DNA from: Azolla caroliniana
Lineage: Eukaryota > Plantae > Polypodiophyta
Direction of reading: 5' to 3'
Assembly: GCA_043228905.1 (NCBI GenBank)
Contig: JBHGNT010000002.1
Location: 11,098,001 to 11,162,000, forward strand
Length of the DNA stretch: 64,000 nt
Shown here: positions 37,877-51,500 of the stretch, piece after piece
How positions within the stretch are numbered: position 1 is the first letter of the stretch
Layout: every line of letters begins with the position of its first letter
Notes under the pieces: model-generated
Database searches by the model: none
What the model was told of the DNA's origin: nothing
What the model saw: the letters and a program-made list of their open reading frames with translations, nothing else
Made by a program: the position numbers and the translations under genes

Positions 37877-37953
37877 CAATGTATAGCTTAATGGTAGAGC
37901 TTCAACCCTTGTGATATAAGGTCATGGGTTCAAATCCTTTCGTAGCCATACCA
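37877..37953 (+). promoter_or_regulatory. tRNA-like cassette in the element C LTR (second copy at about 56818-56899)
   Basis: TAGCTTAATGG 37884-37894 with D-stem GCTT/GAGC; TTGTGAT loop; GGTTCAAATCC 37927-37937; ends ...GCCATACCA. Confidence 0.75.
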
Positions 37954-40179
37954 TGCTATATCATGACACTACCCTCGCCCTTCAAACTTCTAAGATTGAG
38001 GATTCGGTTTGTCGGGATATTGTTGATGGAAGTCCTCAATAAATGCTCGAGCATTTGCTACATTCTCGATTGGTTCCCAAGTACGATCGCTTGGACTATA
38101 GCCTAACCAATCGACCAAATAGTAGAGCTTGATGCGAACAATCTTGGAATCGAGGATGATAGCCACTTCGTACTCCGGTCCTACTTCAAGACCGATTAGG
38201 GGTGGAGGTGGTGTAATACGATTGAGAATACTGTTGTCTCAATAGGTTTTGAGAAGAGAACAGTAAAAAACTGGATGTATCCATAGTTGCGGAGGTATAG
38301 ATCAAGTGAAAAGGTGACATCATTATTTTTTCCGATAATACGGAAAGGACCTAGTCATTGATAATCCAATTTATCGCATGGTCGAGAGTCTTGATGTGTC
38401 GTCGTAATAGCCATACCCGATTTCTAATGTTAAAACAGGATGGAAGTTGATGACGATCCGCATAATCCATTTGTGTTTAATGAGCTTGATGTAAATGGGT
38501 GGATAGGTTTGTTGTATCTTGCGTGGCCGCTCCAAATGATCCTCTTCACGAGGATTTGTGGGTAACTCCGGAGTTTCAAATTCACACCACCGAGGATGAT
38601 AGCATGTGTAAGCATAAAATGGTGTAACCCTATTATAAGCAAATCGGCAAAGTGGAGAATATCCACCCAATCATTTTGTTGATAGCTTAGAAAACACCAA
38701 AGATACTATTTAAGCATTTGATTTGTTCGTTCTGCTTGTCCGTCTATTTGAGGGTGATATTCGAAGGAGAGGTTACAAGTGATTTTGAGCATTTTGAAGA
38801 GATGCCTCCAGAATTTCTAGATGAATTGAGATCCACAATCAGTGATGATACTATCTCGAAGGCCATGATGCCTTTGTACAAGGCAGGAAATGTGTCATCT
38901 TAGTATATCGATCTACTGCTATTATGCTCGCATCAAACCCCTTCGAAACTGGAAGATCGATGATAAAATCTAGAGAAATAGAATGCCACGACTTGCTTGG
39001 AATTGGTAATGGTTCCAATAAACCATATGGATGATGTCTTGACATCTTTGCTCTGCAACATGTATCACATGTCCGAATTTAGTCTTCGATAAATCGTCGC
39101 ATATGAGGCCACTAAAATGATCGTTGTACTAAATTGAACATTTTAGTACTACCAAAATGTCCAACTATATATGTGTCATGAAAATTTTGGACTACTTGAA
39201 GGCGACAAGAACCATTAGGAACATACAAAAGTTTCTTAAGGAATAGTAATCCATCATGACATTCGATGTGCCGATAGTCGGTACCTGGTTGTTGCGACTG
39301 TGAACAGGATGCGCGAGAGGGATCAATTTGTGTTAGAATGGCTTGAGCGAAAGTATCTGTCTGCAAGTCTTCACATATGGTATCGATAATGTGGGAATCC
39401 AATGGAGTGTCAAAAACCCACGTTGCTTGCAGTCGTGTTGTTCCAAGGATGACTTGCGTTTGATTATCGAATGTTGGATCACTGGGACGAGGTGGTAGAT
39501 ACAAGCGCCACAATAATGCCTCTGCCTTCCCTTGTTGCTTTCCAGGATGGTATGTAATTTTGAAGATGAAATGATTGAGGAATTGGGCCCACCGATCATG
39601 TTGATTTAATACACGAGCATTCTGGAAGTAGGCAATATTTTTGTGCTTACTGAATACCGTGACTTGATGAGAAGATCCCTCTAAAAAGTGCCTCCATTGT
39701 GCAAAATAGTCCATTATTTCTAGCAGCTCCTTCTCATGTATCACGTAGTTAATTTCGGCAGCGTCAAACTTGTGCCAGTTGAAAGCCGCAAGATATAGTT
39801 TCATTATCGCCTTGTTGTGACAGAATGCTACCAAGGGAGAAATCTAACACGTCTGCTTCAATGATGAATAGTTTTTTTGAATCAGCACGAGCTAGAATAA
39901 GAGTTGATGTAAATGCTTTTTTAGGACTCACAAAAGCCGTTTCCACTTTCTTAGACCAAACAATTGATTACCCCTTCCTTGTAAGTTGTGTGAGAGGCAA
40001 AATAAGCTTTAAATAGTCTTGTGTAAACTTGTGGTAGAAATTTGTGAAGCCTAAAAATATTACACATCTCGCAACAAACATGGAGTTTGCCACTCTACCA
40101 GATTTTTGACCTTAGCTAGATCCATAGAGATGCTTATTGAGGAGATGACATAGCCAAGAGATTCCACCTGGTTGCACCC

Positions 40180-43100
40180 TGTCAAAGTAAACGTGCGGAA
40201 GTGTTCAACAAACTTGCTCAGCCGGATAACACACACACAGAGTACACATACACAGGAGAGACAGAGAGAGAGCAGAACGTAAACTCTATTCTAAAAGTCA
40301 TAACACTTTGTATATTCAGAAAGAGAGAGAGAACTTTTATACAAGTCCATAAAGGATTGACAGAGGTACTGAAAAGTACTTCAATGCTCATATGAGCGAC
40401 TAACATTAACTCCCAAAAATATGCCTACGTACTAGGTTGGATTTGTAGGCCTCTAACAACCGACCGATTTCAATCCGATCCGGTTCCTAGTTCCAGATAT
40501 CATCCAAACACCGATCCGATTCTCTATTCCGGATATCGATCCGGCACTGGCTTATTCAGCCGATCCGGATCCAGTTGAGCTTGCTCGCTCAACGCTCCCC
40601 CTCAAGCTCAACTTCAGGTCTAATCGTGGTGTCCGTTTCTTTGGTAGCCAGTTCTTCTGTCCAACTCCTTCTAGCGTCCTCCTACCTTGCTCGCGCTCCT
40701 CGCCCGGTTTGGTTCCACTTCCTACGACCCGTCCAGTTCCGTGCACCTCGACCTTCTCGGTTGGCTTGTCTGCGCAACAGGCCCATTTAGGCTCCCTCGC
40801 TGCTATGACTCCGACACTTGTTGACCCGTCGGCTCCTCCGTGTTGGCGTCAACTTCCATTGTGTTCGTGTCTGCTTGGCCTTTCGTAGTTCTGGCTCTTC
40901 CAAATCCATCTGTTGAACCGAATCGGTTGTCTCTGATTCGTTCCAGCTCTTGTCCGAGTAGGTAGTCTCCAACTCATCTTCCATTTTTAGGCACTTCACC
41001 ACATCAAACTCATCTGGGTCTTGGCCTTCTTACGATCAACTTTGTCTTTCTTGACTCTGCCACCGCTATTGTTTGCTCCGACTTGTTCGGATGTGGCGAC
41101 TCCTTTGGTCGACTGGGCTTCCTTTTTCTACTTATCGCCCCCCTTTGTTTTCCCCTCCTCTCTGGTTCCATGGTCGGTGCCATCCGTTCCCATTCCTATT
41201 CTCCCCCTCAAGTGCGGCACGTCGAGATGTCCAACACCGAGCATTTCGGTGAAGTGCTGCAAATTGTACGATCCAAGCAGTTTGGTGAAGATATTGGCAA
41301 TTTGCCGATCCATCTAAACATATCGAAGTTCAACCTCACCGCTCGGGACCCGCTCACGCATGAAGTGATAATGCACTTCTATGTGCTTTATTCGAGCATG
41401 GAATACAGGGTTCTTGACGAGCTAAATGTTGCTTACATTTTCGTAGTAGATCAAGATCAGGGTCAACACCTTGATCTCGAGGTCCCGCAATAGTCGCCGA
41501 AGCTAGATGGCTTCACAAGTGGCAATGGTACCGCCCCCGTATTCAGGCTCAGTGCTCGACAGAGCCACTGTTGGCTGCTTTTTGCTGCTCCATGCAACAA
41601 CCACGCTACCAAGAGAAAACATGTAACACGAGGTTGATCGGTGATCCGATACATCAGCATCCTAGTTGGCATTGGTATATCTGACTAGCTTCCCAGCTAT
41701 ATCGTGGCGTTGTCAGAGCAATATGCCGTCAGGGGTCTGGATCACCTCGATCCCAAGAGAATAATGAAGGTCCCCCAGGTCCTTCATTTCAAATGTGTCC
41801 GACAGCTAGGACTTCACTCGGTTGATTTCATCGAGTCCGGGTCCGGTGATGACTAAATCATCTATATAAAGCAAAATGCAAACCGGACCCTTCCGGATGA
41901 ACAATGAAGAGTCGGACTTAGAGGCCGCAAACCCCATCTTACGCAACCGGTGTGTAATCTTCGCATTCCAAGCTTGGGGGGGCTTGTTTCAGACCGTAAA
42001 GTGACTTCTTGAGTCGGCACACTACCGACTTGTGCATCTCCGATTGGAAATCGGGGGGTTGGGTCATATAGACCCATTCTTCAAGATCACCTTGACGAAA
42101 TGCATTCTTCACCTCCATTTGATGAAGATGTCATCCCCTTGCCGCAGCAACAACCAGTATCACACGAACAGTTGTCATCTTCGCTACCGGAACGAAGGTC
42201 TCGCTGTAGTCAATTCCGTGGGTCCGTGTGTATCCCTTCGCCACTAACCAAGCTTTGTACCGGTTGATTGAACCGTCGGCGTTGTACTTTACCTTGTACA
42301 CCCACTTGCAACCGATCGGTTTACACTATCGAGGAGGGTCAACTAGGTTCCATGTGTCATTGGCATCAAGTGCCGGCATTTCTTCCTCCATAGCAGCACA
42401 CCAATACGCGTCTTTTGCTGCTTTTGCATAGCTTTCCGGCTCACGCACTTCCACCACCTTAGTCATGTACGCATAATGATGTGTTGTGTACTCATTGTAT
42501 TCGTACCTCATGACGGTTTTCTTTTGATGGGTTGACTAGTGTAACTTTTCGTTACCTGATTTGAGGCCCTTCTTGGCCGGTTTGGACTTCCTTTCTAAAG
42601 ATCCGCCTTCTTCCTTTCCGGGGTCAGATTTGCTCCGATCCGACCCTTCACTGCCGGTATCGTATTCCGGCATCTTCTTCTTCCCCTTCTCTTTGCGCGT
42701 GAACCATCTCCTCGGTTCCTTGCGCACGGAGAGCACGACAGAGTCTCCACCACTTGTTGGTTCTTCACCCGACTGGTCATCCCAACACAACCGCTCATCT
42801 GGCCCACTTAACCAGAACCGGAACCGGATCGGGACGAAGACCGAACCAGGACCGGCACCAGCGCTGGAACCAGACCGGATAGACCGGGTCACCGGGTTGG
42901 ATGCGGGCCGGATGGACCGGATAGACGGATCGATCGGATAGTTTGATCGCGACGATTTCGGTGTGAAACGAACAAAATCATCTAGACTAAAAAACCCAGT
43001 AAAAAGGGATGCAAGCAAGGCTTGAACCCTACACCTCCAAGATAAGTGGCAGTAAACTTACCACAAAGCCAAGTCACTTCTCTAGAAATACTTTTTCTAT

Positions 43101-44637
43101 CATTATACCGTCACATGTAAATTCTCATATTAGAGCTTGAATGAGTGACATGGTTATCATGCATCACATGTAATGCATGAGCGCCAAATGGCAAACATGC
43201 ATCACATGCATTCCATGCATTGTATGCATGTCTTGTACCCTCACATGTTCACATGCATGGGGGCATCTATAAAAGATTCGATGAAAAAGATCAAAAGGGA
43301 GCGATGTATGAATCAAGAATTTACTAAGAAGAAAATTTGTTATCCAATTGATAATATATCTTGTTCTTCAAATCTAAAGTCAAGAGTTAAATCTTAATCT
43401 CTCTCTCAATTTCAATCTCTCTCAATCTAAAGTCAAGCGTTCTATCTTATCTCAATCTCTCTCTCTTTCAATCTAGAGTGCTGAAGTCTTCATCTTCTAC
43501 ATGGACCTCCTCAAGCTCACTAGCCTCATCCTCCGGAATTGGGTCAGAGTCTAGGGGTTATAACACTTATACCCCTTCTACTCATGCAAGTAACCGACTA
43601 TGATGCACTTCTCCGACTTCGGATCTAGCTTCCTCCGCTTCTCATCCGGTACAAGCACATATGCTATGGTTCCAAATATCCAAAGGTGTCTCAAATTCGG
43701 CTTCCGCCTGAAATACAGTTCATGTATTGACACCTTGTCACCGATCCGGTTTTGGATCTAGATGGTCGTCCAAATCACCTCAGCCCAGTAGAATTTGGGC
43801 ATGCTCTTCTCCTCTAGCATTGCCCTTGCCGCGTCGACAATCGACCGATTCTTTCTCTCGGCCACACCGTTTTCTTCCGGTGTGAATCGGCTGTTGATTT
43901 CTCTTCAAATTCCGTTCTACTGCAGATAACAGTTGAATTGGCTGAAAAAGTATTCTTTTTTGCCATCCAACCGCAAGCACTTTATCCTCCTCTCCGTTTC
44001 CTGTTCAACTAAGCTTTGAAGGTTCCGGAAACAGTCGAAGACTTCACTTTTCTTCTCGATGAGGGAGATCCCAGTGTGCTGACTGTAGTCGTCGATGAAG
44101 GAGACGAAATACCGACTCCCACCAAGACTAACGTTTTGTGTCGGTCCCCATACATCTGAATGGATTAAGTCGAGCTTGTTACGACTCCGATTTCGTTCAG
44201 TGGGGAATGGAAGTTGGTGTTGCTTCCTGAGTTGGCAGGCTTCACACATTTTGGCCTTCCGGCCACTAAACTTAGGCAAATTGAACACAACTTGTTTCGA
44301 TTGCAGATCTTGTAGCCTCCAGTGGTTGACACTCTGTATATCACTCTATACATAGAATGTGCTCAGAGAAAACTTTTATACAAGTACATAAAGGACTGAC
44401 AGAAGTACTAACAGGTACTTCAATACTAACAGACACTAACTCCCAAAAATATACCTACGTACTAGGCTGGATCCATAGGCCTCTAATGGCCTACTGGTTT
44501 CAATCCGATCTGACTCTCCGATCCACCTCCTGGTTCCGGATATCATCCAGATACCAATCCGGTTCTCTGTTCCGGATACCGATCCGACTTCGGCTTATTC
44601 AGCCGATCCGGATCCGGTTCAGCTTGCACGCTCAACA
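40180..44637 (-). mobile_element. Internally deleted copia inserted in the element C RT
   Basis: TSD CACCC 40175-40179/44638-44642; 3' LTR 40180-40594 with PPT complement CTCCCCCTC 40595-40603; partial 5' LTR 44340-44637; RT/RH remnants 41200-42500. Confidence 0.9.
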
Positions 44638-45989
44638 CACCCAAAACTACATTTTTCCATTTTTGCATAAATATCATGTTCCCGAAGTCACGGTAATCCA
44701 TGACGACACGAAGTGATCCATCCTTTTTCTTGACAAAGAAAATGGGTGCGCCGGCTGGAGATTTCAAATGTCGAATGAACCCGTTTGCCAAATTCTCCTC
44801 TCTGTAGGCTCGAAGGACTTCTCACTCGGTTGGTGACAAGTTGTAGATCAGTCCCCATGGTGGCTCTTCTCATGGTTGTAAATCAATGGGACAATCATAC
44901 AATTGATGGTGAGGAAGAGTACTGGCTTGTACCTTATCAAACACATCGGCATAGTATTGATACTTCTCTAGAAGATAAACAATGAATTCCTCTTTAGTGG
45001 TGTTAGAAGGTTTATTGATACTGCAAATACAAACATTGATTCCTTTCCTCACGTAGTTGATGTAGCGAAATGGTTGAAATTCGATGAGTAGATCCTCGGG
45101 TTTGTCGATATCGGATTTCTCTTGTTCTCCAATCTATGTTTGGGTTATGTAATTAGAACTACCCCAAGACAATTGGATGCTCTGGACTACTAATTATATT
45201 AAATGATAGTACACACACCAAATTATCTAGGACAACCTGAATCGGCTCTAACTCTTCTAGATATTTCGGGAAGCAATGGGGTGACCATCAATGACTATTG
45301 CAGATGCTGGGCAAGGAAGCTTTCTTAGGGATAACTAATGAGCTTGGCCAAAATTCCTATCCATGAAGCAAGAATTGGCTCTGGAATCTAAGAGTGGTAA
45401 GACATGTACTCGAGGGGTACTTTTAGCACTAATTGTTACTTGAGCTAAGAACACATTGCTAACTTGCTTTGAGGGAATGGAAGCACTAATGGGTTGCATA
45501 GATCTAGGGTTGTCCAACCAAACAACTCCTATTTTGGTGGGACTTAGTCATTTAACACTTCTTCTAACTAACTAATGACTTCAAATTTGTTCGATAAACT
45601 TGGGCTATTAGTACTATTAGGACTAGCAGACACTCCTACTGAAATAGAATTGTGTTTAATACAAGCTACTATTTGATTTACCTATCTACTTGGCCTATGT
45701 GGACAGTCACTGCGATATGCCATGGTCCTCCATAGTAAAGACATAATCAATTTGCTAAACGTTGTTGCTTTTTTTCTTCCGACAATGGTCCACAATGACA
45801 TGTGGTGTCGATTTCCATCGATGTTGGATTATTTTCCGGAGATGCATTATATGACTCCGTTGCAAATGGTTTTGCTACGACCGAGGCGTATGTGGGCTCT
45901 GACCTAGTCCTTGGCATTTGTAATTGACGTTTTGAATGTCATTCGAAAAGCTGATAATCACATTGTATCGCTCGACTAATTGCCTCTAT

Positions 45990-46712
45990 TGTGAAAGTGT
46001 TTTCAGAATTCAAGCCAATGAACGTTAGAAGAATATAAGGTATGGGGCATTCACATTTCGAGACAAAGAACACGAACGAATATCTTAAGAAAAGTCAAAA
46101 GTAAAAGTAAGAGACACAGAGAAAAAGCGGGCCACCCAAAAATAGTCGAAAAGGAATGGTCATAACTCTTTCGTTTGTCACCCAAATATAGGTTAGAAAT
46201 CTTGTAAAGAGAGTTATCTGTAGCTTTTTAAATCTCTAACTTTGGAGCTCCAATGAAAGATATATGACGATTAGAAGGTTATGTCTTAACTAAAAATAGG
46301 AGGTAAAAAACTTCTAAAAATAGCATGAATGAAAAAGAAGAAGAAGATTATAAGAAGTGAGATGAAGGAGGTTAAGGGGTGTTGAAGTGATACCTTTGTA
46401 ATAAGGAAAGAGTCCAAATAGAGGAGGAGTGTTGGGAAGAGGAAGGGTCTTAGTAGTGTGTTTGAGTGATTGAACGTAAGAAGGTGTTTTGTTTTTTAGT
46501 TCAATGTGGAGTTTATCTCCTATGTATGAATATTATAACATTTTTTCCCCTTTCTCATCTTCTCTATCTTTTGTGTTAATTTCTTGAGACTCCCTCTCTA
46601 ATTCGTAGTTACCTTGGTCATTATAATCTATTGTAATTCACAACGCTCTCTAATCTGCTTGGTCAAGCCCTCATATTGTGTACAACAATCGTTTGCCTAA
46701 TACACCCTATCA
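45990..46712. mobile_element. Probable solo LTR inside the element C gag
   Basis: TG...CA ends; flanks TCTAT/TCTGT (1 mismatch); gag KSLT|EAISRA rejoins across it. Confidence 0.6.
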
Positions 46713-47904
46713 TCTGTGAGTGATTTTCATTCTTCAAGGAGTAAGTCTATGACCTCATTTCGTAGGCCACCTCGAAATTGCTCCATCAATGCTTGATCAT
46801 CCCAGGGGATATCGGAGGCAAGTAGACGAAAACCTGCAGCGGAAGCGGAAGCTGGACGATCACCTTGACGTAATCGTCGGATTTTGTTGATTGTCGTCCT
46901 TTGTTACCCGTGGGAGTTGTACGGGGCGGTATAAGGGTAAAACACGTTAAAGGGATTGTTCAGTATGTGTAATGTATATGAGTGTGAGGATGAGTATGTG
47001 TGAGCACATGCACAATTATGTGCACGTGAGAAGAATGTAACGGACATATTATTTACCATTACATTATGTATTATATAAACCCCTTATGGGGCATGTAATG
47101 AAGATAGTTTTTTCCCCCTCTCATTTGGTGTCATTTCCTATTTGTCTTTCTCTCTTGCTCTCTCCCTATGGTAACCCCCCACCCCAATAACACTTTTGGC
47201 ATGCTTGAACGGCCGACCTCCCTTGAGAGGAAGTCTATCCTCACTTTCCCTCTCCGTCACTAATCCCTCACTCTCCCTCTTTGTGTCTCTATGGTGTGTG
47301 TGTGTGTCTACCTCTGCAAGTTATTATCTCCTCTCTTCTTCGCTGCCTTGGTGTGATCTAGAAGAAGAAGAAGAAGAAGAATTGTTAATATACACCATGG
47401 CTGCTTATGGCCTAATGCTACTCCTGTTCTTCCTTTTGTTTTCTGCCCCCTATCTATCATATGCCACAATAGACATTAGCAGTAGCAACTGCTCTTAATG
47501 ATCCATGGAAACATGGTGGAATGTATAAATCATTGTATGATGATGAAGAGGAGAAGCGATATCATGCTCCTACAAGGTACCATGATGATGATGTTACAAG
47601 AAGCCATGGTAGATGGCGTCGTTAGTCTAAGCATAGTTTTGTGCTGGATATTGATGAGAGATCGTCTTCCATCCCCAAGGTTGTCTTCAACACTAAGGCC
47701 ATAGAAATGAAGTTCCTTTTGCCAAGAAGAAAATGATGATGATGACATGGAGGCTTGAGAGTTGAATGGAAACAGATTCAGACAAAGATAGCAAAGAAGA
47801 AGAAGAAGAAGAAGAAGGCTGTCACAGAGTCAATATGTTTTCACTTCTTCTGAGTTGATGACTAGGCATTCACTTCATGAAGTAAATGTTGAGGTAAAGT
47901 TGCT

Positions 47905-48207
47905 ATGTATAACCATTTCTATGCAAGAATATCATCTTCATTGAGAAACTATGTGGACATTGTTTTGGGTAAGCATGTACATGACTTCATCATTGAGTCT
48001 GGTCTGGAACAGAGGAAAGACCTCTACAACCTTCTTATACTCTATGGGAGCTATAAAGCTATGTACGACGCATTTTCATTGTTCATAAAGCCTCCCTGGA
48101 CACGACATGTTACACTATTCAACATCTTTCTTAGCCACCTTGCTAGAGAGAAGAACAACCAAGTTGCTATGGCAATTCTCAGGAAGGTATTACCCCAGAC
48201 AATATGA
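47905..48207 (+). pseudogene. PLS-class pentatricopeptide repeat gene fragment
   Basis: LGKHVHDFIIESGLE...NLLI.LYG...M.DAFSLF....R.V..FN resembles an L-S-P motif run. Confidence 0.65.
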
Positions 48208-48549
48208 GTTATACGAGTGTGTGTGTCGGTGTGCGCTAATCGAGAGGAATCTGGAAGAGAAGGTGAGGAAAGACTAGAAGAGCAATGATCATCATGAAGA
48301 TCTGATGATTAGAACAAAGAAAATAATGATGAAGGTTACCAGCGGATGAAGGTGAATTAGACGAAGGCGGACCACCAACGGGGGACATCCGGCAGCCAGC
48401 AGAAAGATGGCCATGGTTGAGACGGTCGGAAGAAGGAAAACAAAGTCACGGACATAGAGAGAGATGAGGGCCATCTCTACATAACCTAGAAAATAGCAAA
48501 TCCTAGCCGGCCGAACAGATCGCAACGGTCGAGAATGACCATGGCTGAG

Positions 48550-51500
48550 TGTTGTGTAAAGGCGTCCCTCCTTGCGGGGGAGTCGGCCGAAAAGTCGACT
48601 TGAGTGTCGACTGGTCGAAATCGTCCGAAAAGCAGAAAGGAGTCGAATTACCGAAATCGGCCGAAAAACCGAATTACCGAATTTGGTCGAAATTCGGAAA
48701 GTAAAAGAATAGTCGGTTGCGAAGAACCGAATCGGGGGTTAGCTGATCGAATTCGGTGAGAGAGTCAAATTCGTATTCAGTCGAATAGACACACATATAC
48801 ATATACACATGTCTTCTACATTAAAAGAAGAAAATGACTTAGTATATATATGCTAACAGGCCTGGTAGTGCGCCTGTATGCGGGATAACTTACTAAGAGT
48901 GAAATAGTGAGAAAAGGGGAAAACGAATAGCGTATGTGTGGGTGTGATATATATATATATATATATATCTGAGAGAAAAACGAGTAGAGTGTGTGTGGTA
49001 AATCTGAGAACGACTGGTTTTCTGCACAGTAGTGGCTGTGTAAGAGTATACGTACTCAGAAGCTAAGTAAGAAGAAAAGAAGTGTGAAGCAAAAGAGAAA
49101 AAGACAAAGAAGCTTCGGAAGCTTCGGAAGGAATAGTCACCTGCGTGCTAGAGTTTGAAGAGCTTGACTGAAATCGTGGTTTCAGTACATGCTCATACCA
49201 AATCAGGTTTCATTGTTCTGTGATTGTATTCTGTCATTTCTCATAGTGAACTTTCTGTTCCGTGGTTTTTCCCTAAATCAGGGTTTTCCACGTAAATTGT
49301 GTGTTCTTTCTTATTTCCTGTTTGCGTCTAAGTTCAATTTCTGATTTCGAATCAGAGTGAAACTCTTTCAAACTGGTATCAGAGCATAGGTTCTAGATGG
49401 AAGGGAGCGTGAGTGGCTTTCCTGGGATGATTGTCTTGAACTCACAAAACTATTCAGATTGGAAGATCAAAATGGAAGATCTCCTAATAGTAAAAGACTT
49501 GTATGAGCCTATAGAAAACAAGGATATACCAAAGGGGGTAATAGATTCGGAGTGGAGAATCCTAAATAGGAAGGCAGTGGCGACCATAAGACAATGTGTA
49601 GACATTAGTGTCCTACAACATGTAGCGAGTGACACAAATGCCTTCGAGCTATGGCATAAGCTTTCCGCTCTCTATGAAAGGAAAAATGCCTTAAATAAGA
49701 CCTTCTTGATGAGGAAGATAGTGAGACTGAAGTATGTAGACGGGGAGAGTATAGTAGAGCACATTAGTGCGTTTATGGGACTAGTGAATCAGTTAGCATC
49801 ATCAAAGTTCCCATTAGATGATTGTATGCAGGCCACACTATTACTATGTACTCTACCCGATAGTTGGGAAAACCTAATAGTAACACTCAGCACTTCATGT
49901 AAAGAAGACAACTTATCCTTACAAGTAGTAAAAACGACTATTCTAAATGAAGATACAAGAAGAAAGGATAAAAGTGCTTTATCTCAATCGGAGGCTAATG
50001 TGACCCAAGAATTTAGTAGAGGTAGAAGAAAACATAGAAGTCTAGAAAATGGGGATCTAGCTTTAGGTCGAAATCTAGAGGAAGACCTACATGTTTTTAT
50101 TGTGGGAAGCTTGGTCACTTCCAAAAGAATTGTCGACACTTTAGGAAGGACAAAGGCATGGCTGATGAGATCGAACCTAGAAAAATCTCCGATGATAAAA
50201 ATACCTCAGCCATCGCAACTAGTGAGGAAGAGATGTTGTTCATATGTGAACAAGCTAGTGTGAATCTTGCAAGTGCTGAGAGCTCATGGGTAGTGGATTC
50301 CGGTGCATCTTTTCACATAACTCCCAAAAGAGAATGTTTCTCATCTTACACATCAGGTGACTATGGTCATGTAAAGATGGGAAATGACGGGGAATGCAAG
50401 ATTGTGGGCATAGGAACTGTGTGCTTGCTAACATCTACAGGCTGCAGGTTAATGTTGAAGGATGTACGTCATGTTCCGGATGTCAGGTTGAACTTGATAT
50501 CGGCTGGACGGCTAGACGATGAAGGGTACAGCGGTGGCTTCCAAAATGGTTCATGGAAGTTCTGTAAAGGGAGCCTGATCATGGCTCGAGCCCAAAAACA
50601 GAACACACTATATGTAATGCATGGGAAGTTGTGTCGAGAGGAAGCAAATGTAGTGGCTGGCTCAGATGGTGAGTTGTGGCATAAAAGGCTCGGACATATG
50701 AGTGAAAGGGGAATTCATATCCTTGCGGAAAAGGATTTCCTACCAGAGGTGAAAGGAGTGCATTTGGAAAAGTGTGTGGATTGCCTGGCTGGAAAGCAAA
50801 ATAGAACAGCGTTTCACTCTAGGCCTCCAATGAGGAGAGAGCATGCCTTAGAGTTGGTTCACACCGATGTATGTTATGTTGATGCCCCATCTCATCGTGG
50901 AGGACAATACTTTGTCACATTTATTGATGACTTCAGTAGGAAAGTGTGGGCTTATGTGCTGGTGTCTAAAGACCAAGTGTTGTCGGTCTTTAAAGAGTTT
51001 CATGCCAGGGCAGAAAGAGAATCCGGACAGAAGCTGAAGGCTGTCCGGACAGATAACGGTGGCGAATATAGAGGCCAATTTGAGATGTATTGCAAGACTC
51101 AAGGCATCAAACTTGAGTATACGGTGCCGAAGACACCTGAGCTAAATGGTCTAGCAGAAAGAATGAATCGAACCATAATGGAAAGGGTAAGAAGCATGTT
51201 GGCACATGCAAAATTGCCAAAATCATATTGGGCTGAAGCAATGTTGACGGCTGTTTATCTCATAAACAGGTCTCCATCAGTGCCTTTGAAGGGGGATGTA
51301 CCACAAAGAGTGTGGACAAGAAGAAATGTGTCTTATCAGCACTTAAAGGTGTTTGGATGTTTGGCCTATGTACATGTTGCTAAAGATCAGAGGTCAAAAC
51401 TGGACAGCAAGTCCAAACCTTGTATATTCTTGGGGTACTCGGAAGACGAGTTCGGGTACAGAATGTGGGATCTCCTTGACAAGAAAGTGATAAGAAGTCG

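Noticed and set aside
37877-37953. Functional tRNA gene
   Set aside because: The acceptor, anticodon and T stems do not pair fully, and it is a fixed part of an LTR; reported as tRNA-like only.
47196-48525. Intact host gene
   Set aside because: Stops and frameshifts, no exon structure, and it lies inside LTR element F.
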